Positions 18,901-26,662 of a stretch of DNA of 64,000 bases are shown here, one piece after another. Under the pieces are notes generated by a model that was not told the DNA's origin, did no database searches, and worked only from the letters and a program-made list of their open reading frames with translations. Position 1 is the first letter of the stretch. Each line of letters begins with the position of its first letter. The position numbers were made by a program, and so were the translations under genes. The DNA comes from Steroidobacteraceae bacterium (GTDB lineage Bacteria > Pseudomonadota > Gammaproteobacteria > Steroidobacterales > Steroidobacteraceae): contig DATKPR010000093.1 of NCBI GenBank assembly GCA_035523985.1, positions 50,044 to 114,043 on the forward strand. The letters are read 5' to 3'.

Positions 18901-19476
18901 GTGGACCGTCGCCAGTTCCTCGAGTCGATCGCGGGCCTCTCGGCGCTGCTGCCGGGGCTCACGCTGCAGCAGGCGTTCACGCAACAGGCGCATGCCCGCG
19001 CCCGCGCGATCCCGGCGCCGCGGACCCTGAGCGCGGCGCAGGACGCCTGCCTCGCGGCGCTCGCCGAGATCATCCTGCCGCGCACCGAGACCGTGGGCGC
19101 GGGCGATGTCGGGGTCAACCGTTTCATCGACCTGCTGCTCACCGAATCGCTGCTGCCGGCAGACCGGGACCGCTTCCTCGCGGGGCTGGATGCCATCGAC
19201 GCGCGCAGTCTCTCCGGGTGCGGCGCGCCGCTCGCGCGCGCCCGCCGGCCCGACCAGCTGGCACTCGTCGGCGCCCTCGATGCGCAGCTGCCGCCGCGCG
19301 ATCCGGGCAGGTCCGAGCAGGCGGCGCTCGCGAAGCAGCCCATGAACGCCGCACGCGGCTACGCGCTCGCCAAGCAGCTGGTGGTGTTCGCCTACTTCAC
19401 CTCCGAGCCCGTGGCCAGGGGGCTGATCAATGCACCGATCATTCCGGGGAGATACGACGGCTGTGTCAGCACCTGA
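18901..19476 (+). CDS. gluconate 2-dehydrogenase subunit-3 family small subunit with twin-arginine (TAT) signal
   Basis: VDRRQFLESIAGLSALLPG TAT motif. The C-terminal FAYFTSEPVARGL block is typical of these small subunits. The start could be 18841, 18877 or 18901. The ORF-track start 17983 is antisense to the ABC genes. Confidence 0.7.
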   Translation: MDRRQFLESIAGLSALLPGLTLQQAFTQQAHARARAIPAPRTLSAAQDACLAALAEIILPRTETVGAGDVGVNRFIDLLLTESLLPADRDRFLAGLDAIDARSLSGCGAPLARARRPDQLALVGALDAQLPPRDPGRSEQAALAKQPMNAARGYALAKQLVVFAYFTSEPVARGLINAPIIPGRYDGCVST

Positions 19477-21166
19477 GGTGAAGTCCGGCGGCTACGATGC
19501 GATCGTCGTCGGCTCGGGGATCTCCGGCGGCTGGGCCGCCAAGGAGCTCACCGAAAAGGGCCTGAGAACGCTGGTGCTCGAGGCCGGGCCGCCCATCGTC
19601 CCGCAGCGCGACTACGCCGAGCACGTGCAGGCTTACTCGCTCCCGTACCACGGCTACGGAAATATGCGCAAGCTCAAGGAGCGGCAGCCCATCCAGTCGC
19701 AGACCGGAGCCTGCGACGAGTGGGTGTCGAAGTTCTTCGTCGACGACCGCGACAACCCCTATACCAGCGACTCCGACAAGCCCTTCCTCTGGATCCGCGG
19801 CCGGCACGTGGGCGGACGCTCGCTCATGTGGGGGCGCCAGGTGTACCGCTGGAGCGATCTGGATTTCGAGGCCAACGCCCGCGAGGGAGTCGGCGTCGAC
19901 TGGCCGATCCGCTACGCCGACATCGCACCCTGGTACAGCCACGTCGAGCGCTTCATCGGCGTCAGCGGCCGCGGCGAGTCCCTCGCGCAGCTGCCCGACG
20001 GGGAGTTCCTGCCGCCGATGCAGTTCAACTGCGCCGAGAATCACGTGCGCGAGGTCATGGCGGAGCGCTGGGGTCGCGAGCGGGTGCTCACCATCGGGCG
20101 CGCGGCCGTCCTCACCCAGGCGCACAACGGGCGCGCTGCCTGCCACTACTGCGGCCCCTGCTGGCGTGGCTGCATCACAAACTCGTATTTCAACAGCGTC
20201 GGCTCGACCCTGCCGGCCGCCGCGGCCACCGGACGCCTCACGCTGCGCCCGAACAGTGTGGTGGCGGAGGTGCTGTACGACCCGGCCACCCACCGCGCCA
20301 CCGGGGTGCGCGCCGTCGACGCCGCGACGCTCGAGACGCTCGAGTTCAGGGCGCGCGTCGTGTTCCTGTGTGCCTCGGCGCTCGAGAGCGCGCGCATCCT
20401 CCTCAATTCCAGGAGCGCGCGCTTCCCGACCGGACTCGGCAACTCGAGCGGCGAGCTCGGCCGCAACATCATGGATCATCCCTTCGGAGCGGGCGCCGAG
20501 GGCAAACTGCCGGGGCTGGACCAGCATCACACCTTCGGCAACCGGCCGAACGGCATCTACGTGCCGCGCTTCCGCAACGTCACCGACAGGCATCCGAAGT
20601 TTCTGCGCGGCTATGGCTTCCAGGGCGGCGGCAGCCGGGCACACTGGGAGCGCGGCGCCCATCAGCAGGGCTTCGGCGCGGGCTTCAAGAATGCGTTGCT
20701 GAGGGATTTAGGCCCCTGGGAAATGTGGCTCGGCGGCTGGGGGGAGTGCCTGCCGCGCGCGGACAACTACTGCGAGCTGCATCCGACGCTCAAGGACAAG
20801 TGGGGCGTGCCGGCGCTCAACATTCATTGCACCTTCGGCCCGAACGAGCGCGCGCTCCTCGAGGACATGCAGGTGACCGCGGCGGAGATCCTCGAGGCGG
20901 CCGGCGCCAGGGACATACGCACTTTCAACGACGAGCTCGAGCCGGGACTGTGCATCCACGAGATGGGCACGGCGCGCATGGGACGGGATGCGAAGACCTC
21001 AGTGCTCAACGGCTGGAACCAGGCGCACGACGTGCCGAACGTGTTCGTGACGGATGGCGCCTGCATGAGCTCGTCCGCGAATCAGAATCCGTCGATCACC
21101 TACATGGCGCTCACCGCGCGCGCGTGCGACTACGCCGTCACGCAGCTGAAGAACGGGGCGATCTGA
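19430..21166 (+). CDS. GMC-family FAD-dependent oxidoreductase (catalytic subunit; no signal peptide of its own)
   Basis: YDAIVVGSGISGGWAAKELTEKGLRTLVLEAG dinucleotide fold. C-terminal HEMGTARMG and NVFVTDGA GMC motifs. The true start may be GTG 19463 or 19478, just after the small-subunit stop. Confidence 0.9.
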   Translation: MHRSFRGDTTAVSAPEVKSGGYDAIVVGSGISGGWAAKELTEKGLRTLVLEAGPPIVPQRDYAEHVQAYSLPYHGYGNMRKLKERQPIQSQTGACDEWVSKFFVDDRDNPYTSDSDKPFLWIRGRHVGGRSLMWGRQVYRWSDLDFEANAREGVGVDWPIRYADIAPWYSHVERFIGVSGRGESLAQLPDGEFLPPMQFNCAENHVREVMAERWGRERVLTIGRAAVLTQAHNGRAACHYCGPCWRGCITNSYFNSVGSTLPAAAATGRLTLRPNSVVAEVLYDPATHRATGVRAVDAATLETLEFRARVVFLCASALESARILLNSRSARFPTGLGNSSGELGRNIMDHPFGAGAEGKLPGLDQHHTFGNRPNGIYVPRFRNVTDRHPKFLRGYGFQGGGSRAHWERGAHQQGFGAGFKNALLRDLGPWEMWLGGWGECLPRADNYCELHPTLKDKWGVPALNIHCTFGPNERALLEDMQVTAAEILEAAGARDIRTFNDELEPGLCIHEMGTARMGRDAKTSVLNGWNQAHDVPNVFVTDGACMSSSANQNPSITYMALTARACDYAVTQLKNGAI

Positions 21167-22044
21167 TGGGCCGGCTGTCGCGGCGGCGCTTCCTCGGCGC
21201 CTCGGCGACATCGCTCGCGGCGCTCGGCGCGGGAGCCGCCACCCGCGCAAGCGCGGCAGCCGGGCTCGAGGCGGCGGCGGGCACCGGACGACTGCGCCAG
21301 TCGGTATGCCGCTGGACGTTGCCCGGGGCGCTGCCCGATATCTGCCGGCGCGTGCGCGCGCTCGGCCTGCAGGGGATCGATCTGCTGCACGGCGACGAGT
21401 GGCAGGTGGCGCGCGCCGCCGGTCTCACCTGCTCGATGGGCTACGCCAGCCGCCGCGAGCATTTCATCGAGAACGGCTTCAACGATCCGGCCAATCACGC
21501 GATGCTGATCGAGGAGCTCACCGCGGCGATCCCGCGCGCCGCGCAGGCCGGGGTGCCGAACGTCATCGCGATGTTCGGCAACCGCCGCGGGCGCAGCGAC
21601 ACGGAAGGCATTGCCAATTGCGCCGCCGGGCTCGCCCGGGTGGCGCCGGTCGCCGAACGCCATGGCGTCACGGTGTGCGTCGAGCTCCTCAACAGCAAGG
21701 TGGATCACCCCGACTACCAGGGCGATCACACCGCCTTCGGCGTCGCGGTGATGGAGAAGGTGGGCTCTCCACGGGTGAAGCTCCTCTACGACATCTACCA
21801 CATGCAGATCATGGAAGGAGATGTCATCCGCACCGTCGGCGCCAACCGCCGGTGGATCGGCCACTTCCACACCGGCGGTGTCCCCGGCAGGCATGACATC
21901 GACGACTCCCAGGAGCTCAACTATCACGCGGTGGCGGCGGCGATCGCCGACGGCGGCTTCGGGGGTTTCGTGGCGCATGAGTTCACCGCGAAGGGCGAGG
22001 CGTACGCGGCGCTCGCGGCGGCGGTGAGGATCTGTCGGGTATGA
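21166..22044 (+). CDS. TAT-exported xylose-isomerase-like TIM-barrel protein (sugar phosphate isomerase/epimerase family)
   Basis: The ATG at 21166 overlaps the GMC stop (TGATG). MGRLSRRRFLGASATSLAALGAGAATRASA TAT signal. VELLNSKVDHPDYQGD and FHTGGVPGRH metal-site-like blocks. Confidence 0.8.
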   Translation: MGRLSRRRFLGASATSLAALGAGAATRASAAAGLEAAAGTGRLRQSVCRWTLPGALPDICRRVRALGLQGIDLLHGDEWQVARAAGLTCSMGYASRREHFIENGFNDPANHAMLIEELTAAIPRAAQAGVPNVIAMFGNRRGRSDTEGIANCAAGLARVAPVAERHGVTVCVELLNSKVDHPDYQGDHTAFGVAVMEKVGSPRVKLLYDIYHMQIMEGDVIRTVGANRRWIGHFHTGGVPGRHDIDDSQELNYHAVAAAIADGGFGGFVAHEFTAKGEAYAALAAAVRICRV

Positions 22045-22051
22045 GGCTCGG

Positions 22052-23197
22052 GTGAAATTCCTGCCGCTCATCTGGTCGGGCATCTGGCGCAAGCCCGGGC
22101 GCACGATTCTCATCTTTCTCCAGGTCACCGTCGCTTTCGTCCTGTTCGGGGTGCTGCAGGGGCTGAAGAGCGGAATCGAGCACGCGGTCGAAGCGCAGCG
22201 CGCCGACCTGCTCATCGTGCACGGCCGGCAGGACTTCATCTTCTCGGGGCTGCCGCTCGGACTCCTCGGGCAGATCCGCTCGGTGCCCGGCGTCAAACTG
22301 GTCGTCCCCGTGGAGCTCTTCGGAAGCTACTATCAGAAGCCCGAGAACGGCATGCTGATCGTCGCGGTGCGGCCTGACAAGAACTGGACCGACGCCTTCA
22401 CCTTCAACATTGCGCCGGATCAGCTCGCCGCGTTCGGCAGGAGCCGCACCGCGGCGCTCGTCACCGGGTTCGCCGCGCGCAAATACGGCTGGAAGATCGG
22501 CGACCACATCCCGCTCGTGAGCCAGATGGCCAACAAGGATCGCTCGACGACCTGGGCGTTCGACATCGTCGGGACCTTCACCGACAGCGATTTCACCCCC
22601 GGACGCTACAAGATCCTGATCAACTTCGACTATTACGACCAGGCACGCCTCACCAACACGGGCTCGGTGAATCACTTCAACGTTGCAGTGGACGATGCCA
22701 GGCAGGCGGTCGCCGTGGCCGACGCGATCGATCGGCTTTCCCTCAACTCCTCGCACGAGACCAAGACGGAGTCGATACGCGAGCTCGCGCAGCAGCAGGT
22801 CCAGCAGATCGGCGATCTCGACTTCTTTGTCCGCGCCGTGGTGAGCGCGGTGCTCGCGGCGCTGCTGTTCGGGACGGCCGCCATGATGATGCAGTCCATC
22901 CGCGAGCGCACGCCCGAGCTCGGTGTGCTGAAGACCATCGGCTTCACCGATCGCGCCGTGTTCCTGCTCGTGCTCGCCGAGGCGGTGGCGGTGTGCATCG
23001 CGGCCGCGGCCTGCGGGCTGGCGTTGTCGCTGGCGGTCTTCCCGCTGGCGGCGCGCTTCGTCACGGCGCTGGCGATGCCCGCGGCCACGCTGGCGACGGG
23101 TCTGGCGCTCGCCGTTACGCTGGCGATTGCGAGCGCGGCGATTCCGGCGGCCCGCGCCGCGCGGCTGCGCGTGGTGAGCGCGCTTGCAGAGCGCTGA
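22052..23197 (+). CDS. FtsX/MacB-type ABC transporter permease (TM1, periplasmic domain, 3 TM)
   Basis: MKFLPLIWSGIWRKPGRTILIFLQVTVAFVLFGVL N-terminal TM. C-terminal FtsX block: ERTPELGVLKTIGFTDRAVFLLVLAEA. Starts 7 nt after the TIM-barrel gene. Confidence 0.85.
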   Translation: MKFLPLIWSGIWRKPGRTILIFLQVTVAFVLFGVLQGLKSGIEHAVEAQRADLLIVHGRQDFIFSGLPLGLLGQIRSVPGVKLVVPVELFGSYYQKPENGMLIVAVRPDKNWTDAFTFNIAPDQLAAFGRSRTAALVTGFAARKYGWKIGDHIPLVSQMANKDRSTTWAFDIVGTFTDSDFTPGRYKILINFDYYDQARLTNTGSVNHFNVAVDDARQAVAVADAIDRLSLNSSHETKTESIRELAQQQVQQIGDLDFFVRAVVSAVLAALLFGTAAMMMQSIRERTPELGVLKTIGFTDRAVFLLVLAEAVAVCIAAAACGLALSLAVFPLAARFVTALAMPAATLATGLALAVTLAIASAAIPAARAARLRVVSALAER

Positions 23198-23203
23198 AGC
23201 GCG

Positions 23204-24370
23204 ATGAACGTCCTGCGGCAATTCCTGGCATTACTGCGCATGAATCTGCAGGGGGAGGGCGGGCGGCTCGGGTCGGTCCTGACGATCCTCGTCGGCGTGA
23301 CCTGCACCGTCGCGGTACTGGTCTCGCTGCTCGCCATGGGAACCGGCGCGCACCAGCAGGCGACTGGCGATGTGCACGACGACGAGGCCGTGGTCCAGGC
23401 CCAGGGCGCACAGGGCGGTTTCGACAGCAATATCACTCGGGACGAGATGGTCGCGCTGCGCGATCTGCCGGGCATCGACCGGGACAAGGAGGGCGAGCCG
23501 CGCATCGACGGCCTCGTCATCGTGCCCTTCGAGGGCCACCGGCGCGACACCGGCCGGCGGGTATTCTTCCCTTTGCTGGGCGTCAGCGATGCGAAGTTCG
23601 AGCTGCGCCCGCCGGCGCGCCTCACCGCGGGCCGCTTCTTTCAGCCCGGACTGCACGAGATCATCGCGACCAACGCCTGCGTGACCCAATTCGACGGGTT
23701 CGAGCTCGGCGCCAAACGCGAGGTGCGCGGCGTCGACTGGCTGGTCGTCGGCCATTACGACCAGGGCCAGAGCCTGCAATGCGTCGTTCTGACCGATGCC
23801 GAGACACTCATGAGCCTGTTTCGCCGCAACGGCTTCAACCGCATCAACGTGCGCCTCAAGTCGCCCGGCGACTTCGCCGCCTTCGATCGCGCGCTCGAGG
23901 CCAACCCGGCTCTCAAGCTCGAAGCCAGGCCGGCGCGCGCGCAGATCGAGGCGGACATGAAGCAGTTTACCGGCCTGCTCAACTTCGTGAGCTACTTCAT
24001 CGGCGCCATCATGGCGGTCGGCGCGACCTTCGGTGCCGTCAACTCGCTCTATTCGATCGTCGACGCCCGCCGCCGCGAGCTCGCTACGCTGCGGGCGATC
24101 GGCTTCGGGTCGGGCGCGATCGTGGCCGCGACGCTGGTCGAGTCGACCCTGCTGGCACTGCCGGGCGCACTGCTCGGCGCCGCATGCGCGTGGCTGCTGT
24201 TCCACAACATGGCGGTGAGCCCGGGCGGATTCTCCTTCAGGCTCGACGTCACGGCGAGGCTCGTCGAGATCGGCATCGCCTGGGCGCTCGTGATGGGGTT
24301 CGTCGGGGGACTGCTGCCGGCGCTGCGGGCGGCACGCGTACCGGTCACCACGGCGTTGCGGGCGACCTGA
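23204..24370 (+). CDS. FtsX/MacB-type ABC transporter permease (second copy)
   Basis: LGSVLTILVGVTCTVAVLVSLLAMG TM1 and RRRELATLRAIGFGSGAIVAATLVES FtsX block. Starts 6 nt after the first permease. Confidence 0.85.
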   Translation: MNVLRQFLALLRMNLQGEGGRLGSVLTILVGVTCTVAVLVSLLAMGTGAHQQATGDVHDDEAVVQAQGAQGGFDSNITRDEMVALRDLPGIDRDKEGEPRIDGLVIVPFEGHRRDTGRRVFFPLLGVSDAKFELRPPARLTAGRFFQPGLHEIIATNACVTQFDGFELGAKREVRGVDWLVVGHYDQGQSLQCVVLTDAETLMSLFRRNGFNRINVRLKSPGDFAAFDRALEANPALKLEARPARAQIEADMKQFTGLLNFVSYFIGAIMAVGATFGAVNSLYSIVDARRRELATLRAIGFGSGAIVAATLVESTLLALPGALLGAACAWLLFHNMAVSPGGFSFRLDVTARLVEIGIAWALVMGFVGGLLPALRAARVPVTTALRAT

Positions 24371-24387
24371 GGCGCCCTGCGGGCGCC
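24371..24387. terminator. short GC hairpin between convergent genes (weak terminator candidate)
   Basis: ggcgccc-tgc-gggcgcc, a perfect 7-bp stem directly after the stop at 24370. There is no T-tract. Confidence 0.25.
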
Positions 24388-24419
24388 GCGCGCGCCTGCG
24401 GCCAGCCCTCGACCCTCGC

Positions 24420-25910
24420 TCACAGCGAGTTGAGAAATACCACCAGGTCGTGCTTCTGCCCGGCGGTCAGCCCCATCTGGAAGCGCTGGTTGTAGAAGTT
24501 CACCAGCTCGTCGAGATTCGCCGCCGCGCCGTTGTGGAAGTAGGGCGCGCGCGCCGCCAGGCCGCGCAGTATCGGCCCCTTGCCGCGATTGAAATCGCTG
24601 CACAGCCCGGTGATCAGCGCCTTGCCGGGATCGGTGGTGTAGAAGGACTCTGGCGCGCCGGAGCCGAATGGATCGGGGCAGCCGCTGATGAGATAGACCG
24701 GCAGATCCGGTACCGACAGCTGCGCGAGCGCCGCGGCGATGTTCGGATCGGGCTCGACGCCTGCAAGCGTGGTGTGTCCGGTGCCGATGTCGAGAGCCAG
24801 CGGCAGGGAGTGATTGCCCGTGTTCGGCGTGTCGTGGCAGCTCGTGCAGGTGCCGGCGAGCGCGGCGGGCTTGCCGAGCGCCGCGTTGTCGTTGAGCCCG
24901 CGCACGTTGGTGATCTGCAGCGGAGCGCTGTCGAAGAGCGCCTCGCCCGCCGCGATCGCCCGCTGCGCTGCCGATGCGCTCGGGTCCGTGCTCCAGGCGC
25001 TGAACACCGTCATGGACGCGGGATCGAACGCCGCTCCGGTGGGATCGGCGCCGAGTACGTCATTGATACCGGGGTAGTACTCCTGGTTCGCGAGCCGCAG
25101 TACGCCCCCGGTGGCCCCATTCGCGGCGAGCCAGCCGGCGCGCGCGTCGTACAGCTGTGCGCTGAAGAGTCCGAGCTCGAAGCCGACGATATCGGCAAGC
25201 TGCGCCGCGGTCGGCGGGGTCGCGGCCTGGGCATGAATGGTCGTGGCATCGATCGCCTGCTGCGTCAGATCCGCGCTCAGGTTCGCCATGAAGGTCGACT
25301 CGGCGGTGAGCGGCGCCTTGGTCTCACGGCCGTCGAACATGATGGCACTGAGGAAGGAGAGGTTGGTGGCCGGCAGCGGGCGCCGATACACGGATACGAA
25401 CGGCAGGCCGCCGTTCGGATCCGGGGTGAGGGCGCAGCCGTAGGGGTCATGCACCACGGTGAGCGTGTATTGCGCGCCTGCCGGCAGCTGCAGGGGGATC
25501 CGAATGAGTCCGTGCTGCAGCAGCAGGCTGTGCGCCGCCGGGTCGTCGCGGCGAGCATTCGGGCAATTGGCGCCATCGACCGGGGCGAACAGCGGATCCT
25601 GGCCGGACGTCGTGAGGAAGCGGATCTGCGCGGCCTGGGCGCTCAGACTCATCGCCTGAGCCGCGCTATGGCAGGTGGCGCAGGTGCGGCCGTTGGTGCC
25701 GAGGCTCTGAAAGAACGCGCCCTGCGGCTGCGGTCCGTTGACGTCGAGCGTCGCCGTGACACCGGTGGCATCGAAAAACGCCTGCACCGCGGGAACGGGC
25801 GGCGCGCCGCCACGAGGTGGCTCGGCCGCCGCGGCAGCGCCGCACAGCGCGGTCGCGGCCGCCGCCAGGCGCAGGCAGGCCATCATCGGATCGTGAGTGT
25901 TCTTGTGCAT
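24420..25910 (-). CDS. periplasmic di-heme cytochrome c peroxidase-family protein
   Basis: Two CxxCH motifs (CATCHS, CTSCHD). C-terminus APYFHNGAAANLDELVNFYNQRFQMGLTAGQKHDLVVFLNSL is typical of CCP/MauG-family enzymes. The ATG at 25910 is preceded by agggagga. The ORF-track start is 26162. Confidence 0.8.
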   Translation of the reverse strand: MHKNTHDPMMACLRLAAAATALCGAAAAAEPPRGGAPPVPAVQAFFDATGVTATLDVNGPQPQGAFFQSLGTNGRTCATCHSAAQAMSLSAQAAQIRFLTTSGQDPLFAPVDGANCPNARRDDPAAHSLLLQHGLIRIPLQLPAGAQYTLTVVHDPYGCALTPDPNGGLPFVSVYRRPLPATNLSFLSAIMFDGRETKAPLTAESTFMANLSADLTQQAIDATTIHAQAATPPTAAQLADIVGFELGLFSAQLYDARAGWLAANGATGGVLRLANQEYYPGINDVLGADPTGAAFDPASMTVFSAWSTDPSASAAQRAIAAGEALFDSAPLQITNVRGLNDNAALGKPAALAGTCTSCHDTPNTGNHSLPLALDIGTGHTTLAGVEPDPNIAAALAQLSVPDLPVYLISGCPDPFGSGAPESFYTTDPGKALITGLCSDFNRGKGPILRGLAARAPYFHNGAAANLDELVNFYNQRFQMGLTAGQKHDLVVFLNSL

Positions 25911-26034
25911 CGCGGATCCTCCCTGTCGACTAAATCGGAATCTGGGACCCGCGCGCGACAGGCTCGTGCGGCGATGTGACATATCGGGGCGGGGCGGCGG
26001 CAGCCGGGCGGGGGCGCGCGGTTGCGGGGGCGGT

Positions 26035-26058
26035 GGCGATTCGGCATGCTGAATCGCC
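26035..26058. promoter_or_regulatory. 24-bp palindrome upstream of the ECF sigma gene (candidate operator or 5' leader hairpin)
   Basis: ggcgattc-ggcatgct-gaatcgcc: 8-bp perfect arms around a gcatgc core, 26 nt upstream of ATG 26084, in the divergent intergenic region. Confidence 0.25.
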
Positions 26059-26083
26059 CTCCGCGCTGCCACGAAGCCCATCG

Positions 26084-26629
26084 ATGGAAACGCAGCCGCC
26101 GGACGCCGCGGGGCAGTCAACCGGGGCGTCCGCGACCGACTACAACCGGGAGCTGTTCGCATCGCTGTACCGCGAGCTGCGACAGCTCGCCGAGCGGCAG
26201 CTCGCGCGCAATGCCGGCGCGGCGATCAGCCCCACGACCCTCCTGCACGAGGCCTATCTCGGCATCTCCTCGCGCGCCGCGGTATTCCCCGATCGCGAGC
26301 GTTTCATGGGATACGCGGCGCGCGTCATGCGCGGCCTCATCATCGATTTCGTGCGCGAGCGGCGCGCGCTCAAACGCGGCGCCGGCTACCACATCACGCA
26401 GCTGCCGGCCGACTTGCCGGCGCAGGCCGTCACCGACCTCGGCAGGCTCGCGGATGCGCTCGATGAGCTCACCCTACGCGAGCCGCTGCTCGCGCAGCTG
26501 GTCGACCTGCGTTACTTCTGCGGCTTCAGCCTGGAGGAGATCGCCGCGCAGCGGGCGGTGTCGGTGCGCACCGTGCAGCGCGAGTGGGAGAAGGCCCGCG
26601 TACTGCTCTTCAGGGACCTGAGCGACTGA
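26084..26629 (+). CDS. ECF-type RNA polymerase sigma factor of the kinase-associated class (Sigma70_ECF / TIGR02999-like)
   Basis: ELFASLYRELRQLAERQL..SPTTLLHEAYLGI...FMGYAARVMRGLIIDFVRERRALKRG and a C-terminal region-4 block (YFCGFSLEEIAAQRAVSVRTVQREW). A Ser/Thr kinase follows directly and there is no anti-sigma gene. Confidence 0.8.
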   Translation: METQPPDAAGQSTGASATDYNRELFASLYRELRQLAERQLARNAGAAISPTTLLHEAYLGISSRAAVFPDRERFMGYAARVMRGLIIDFVRERRALKRGAGYHITQLPADLPAQAVTDLGRLADALDELTLREPLLAQLVDLRYFCGFSLEEIAAQRAVSVRTVQREWEKARVLLFRDLSD

Positions 26630-26662
26630 GTCGCCTGTCGCGCCCGGGGCCCGGAATCCGAT

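Noticed and set aside
22052-24370. The two FtsX-type permeases as LolC/LolE of the lipoprotein-sorting system
   Set aside because: There is no lolD between or after them. The N-termini do not resemble the LolC/E starts I recall. The genes are embedded in a sugar-oxidation operon, so they are kept as generic FtsX/MacB-type permeases.
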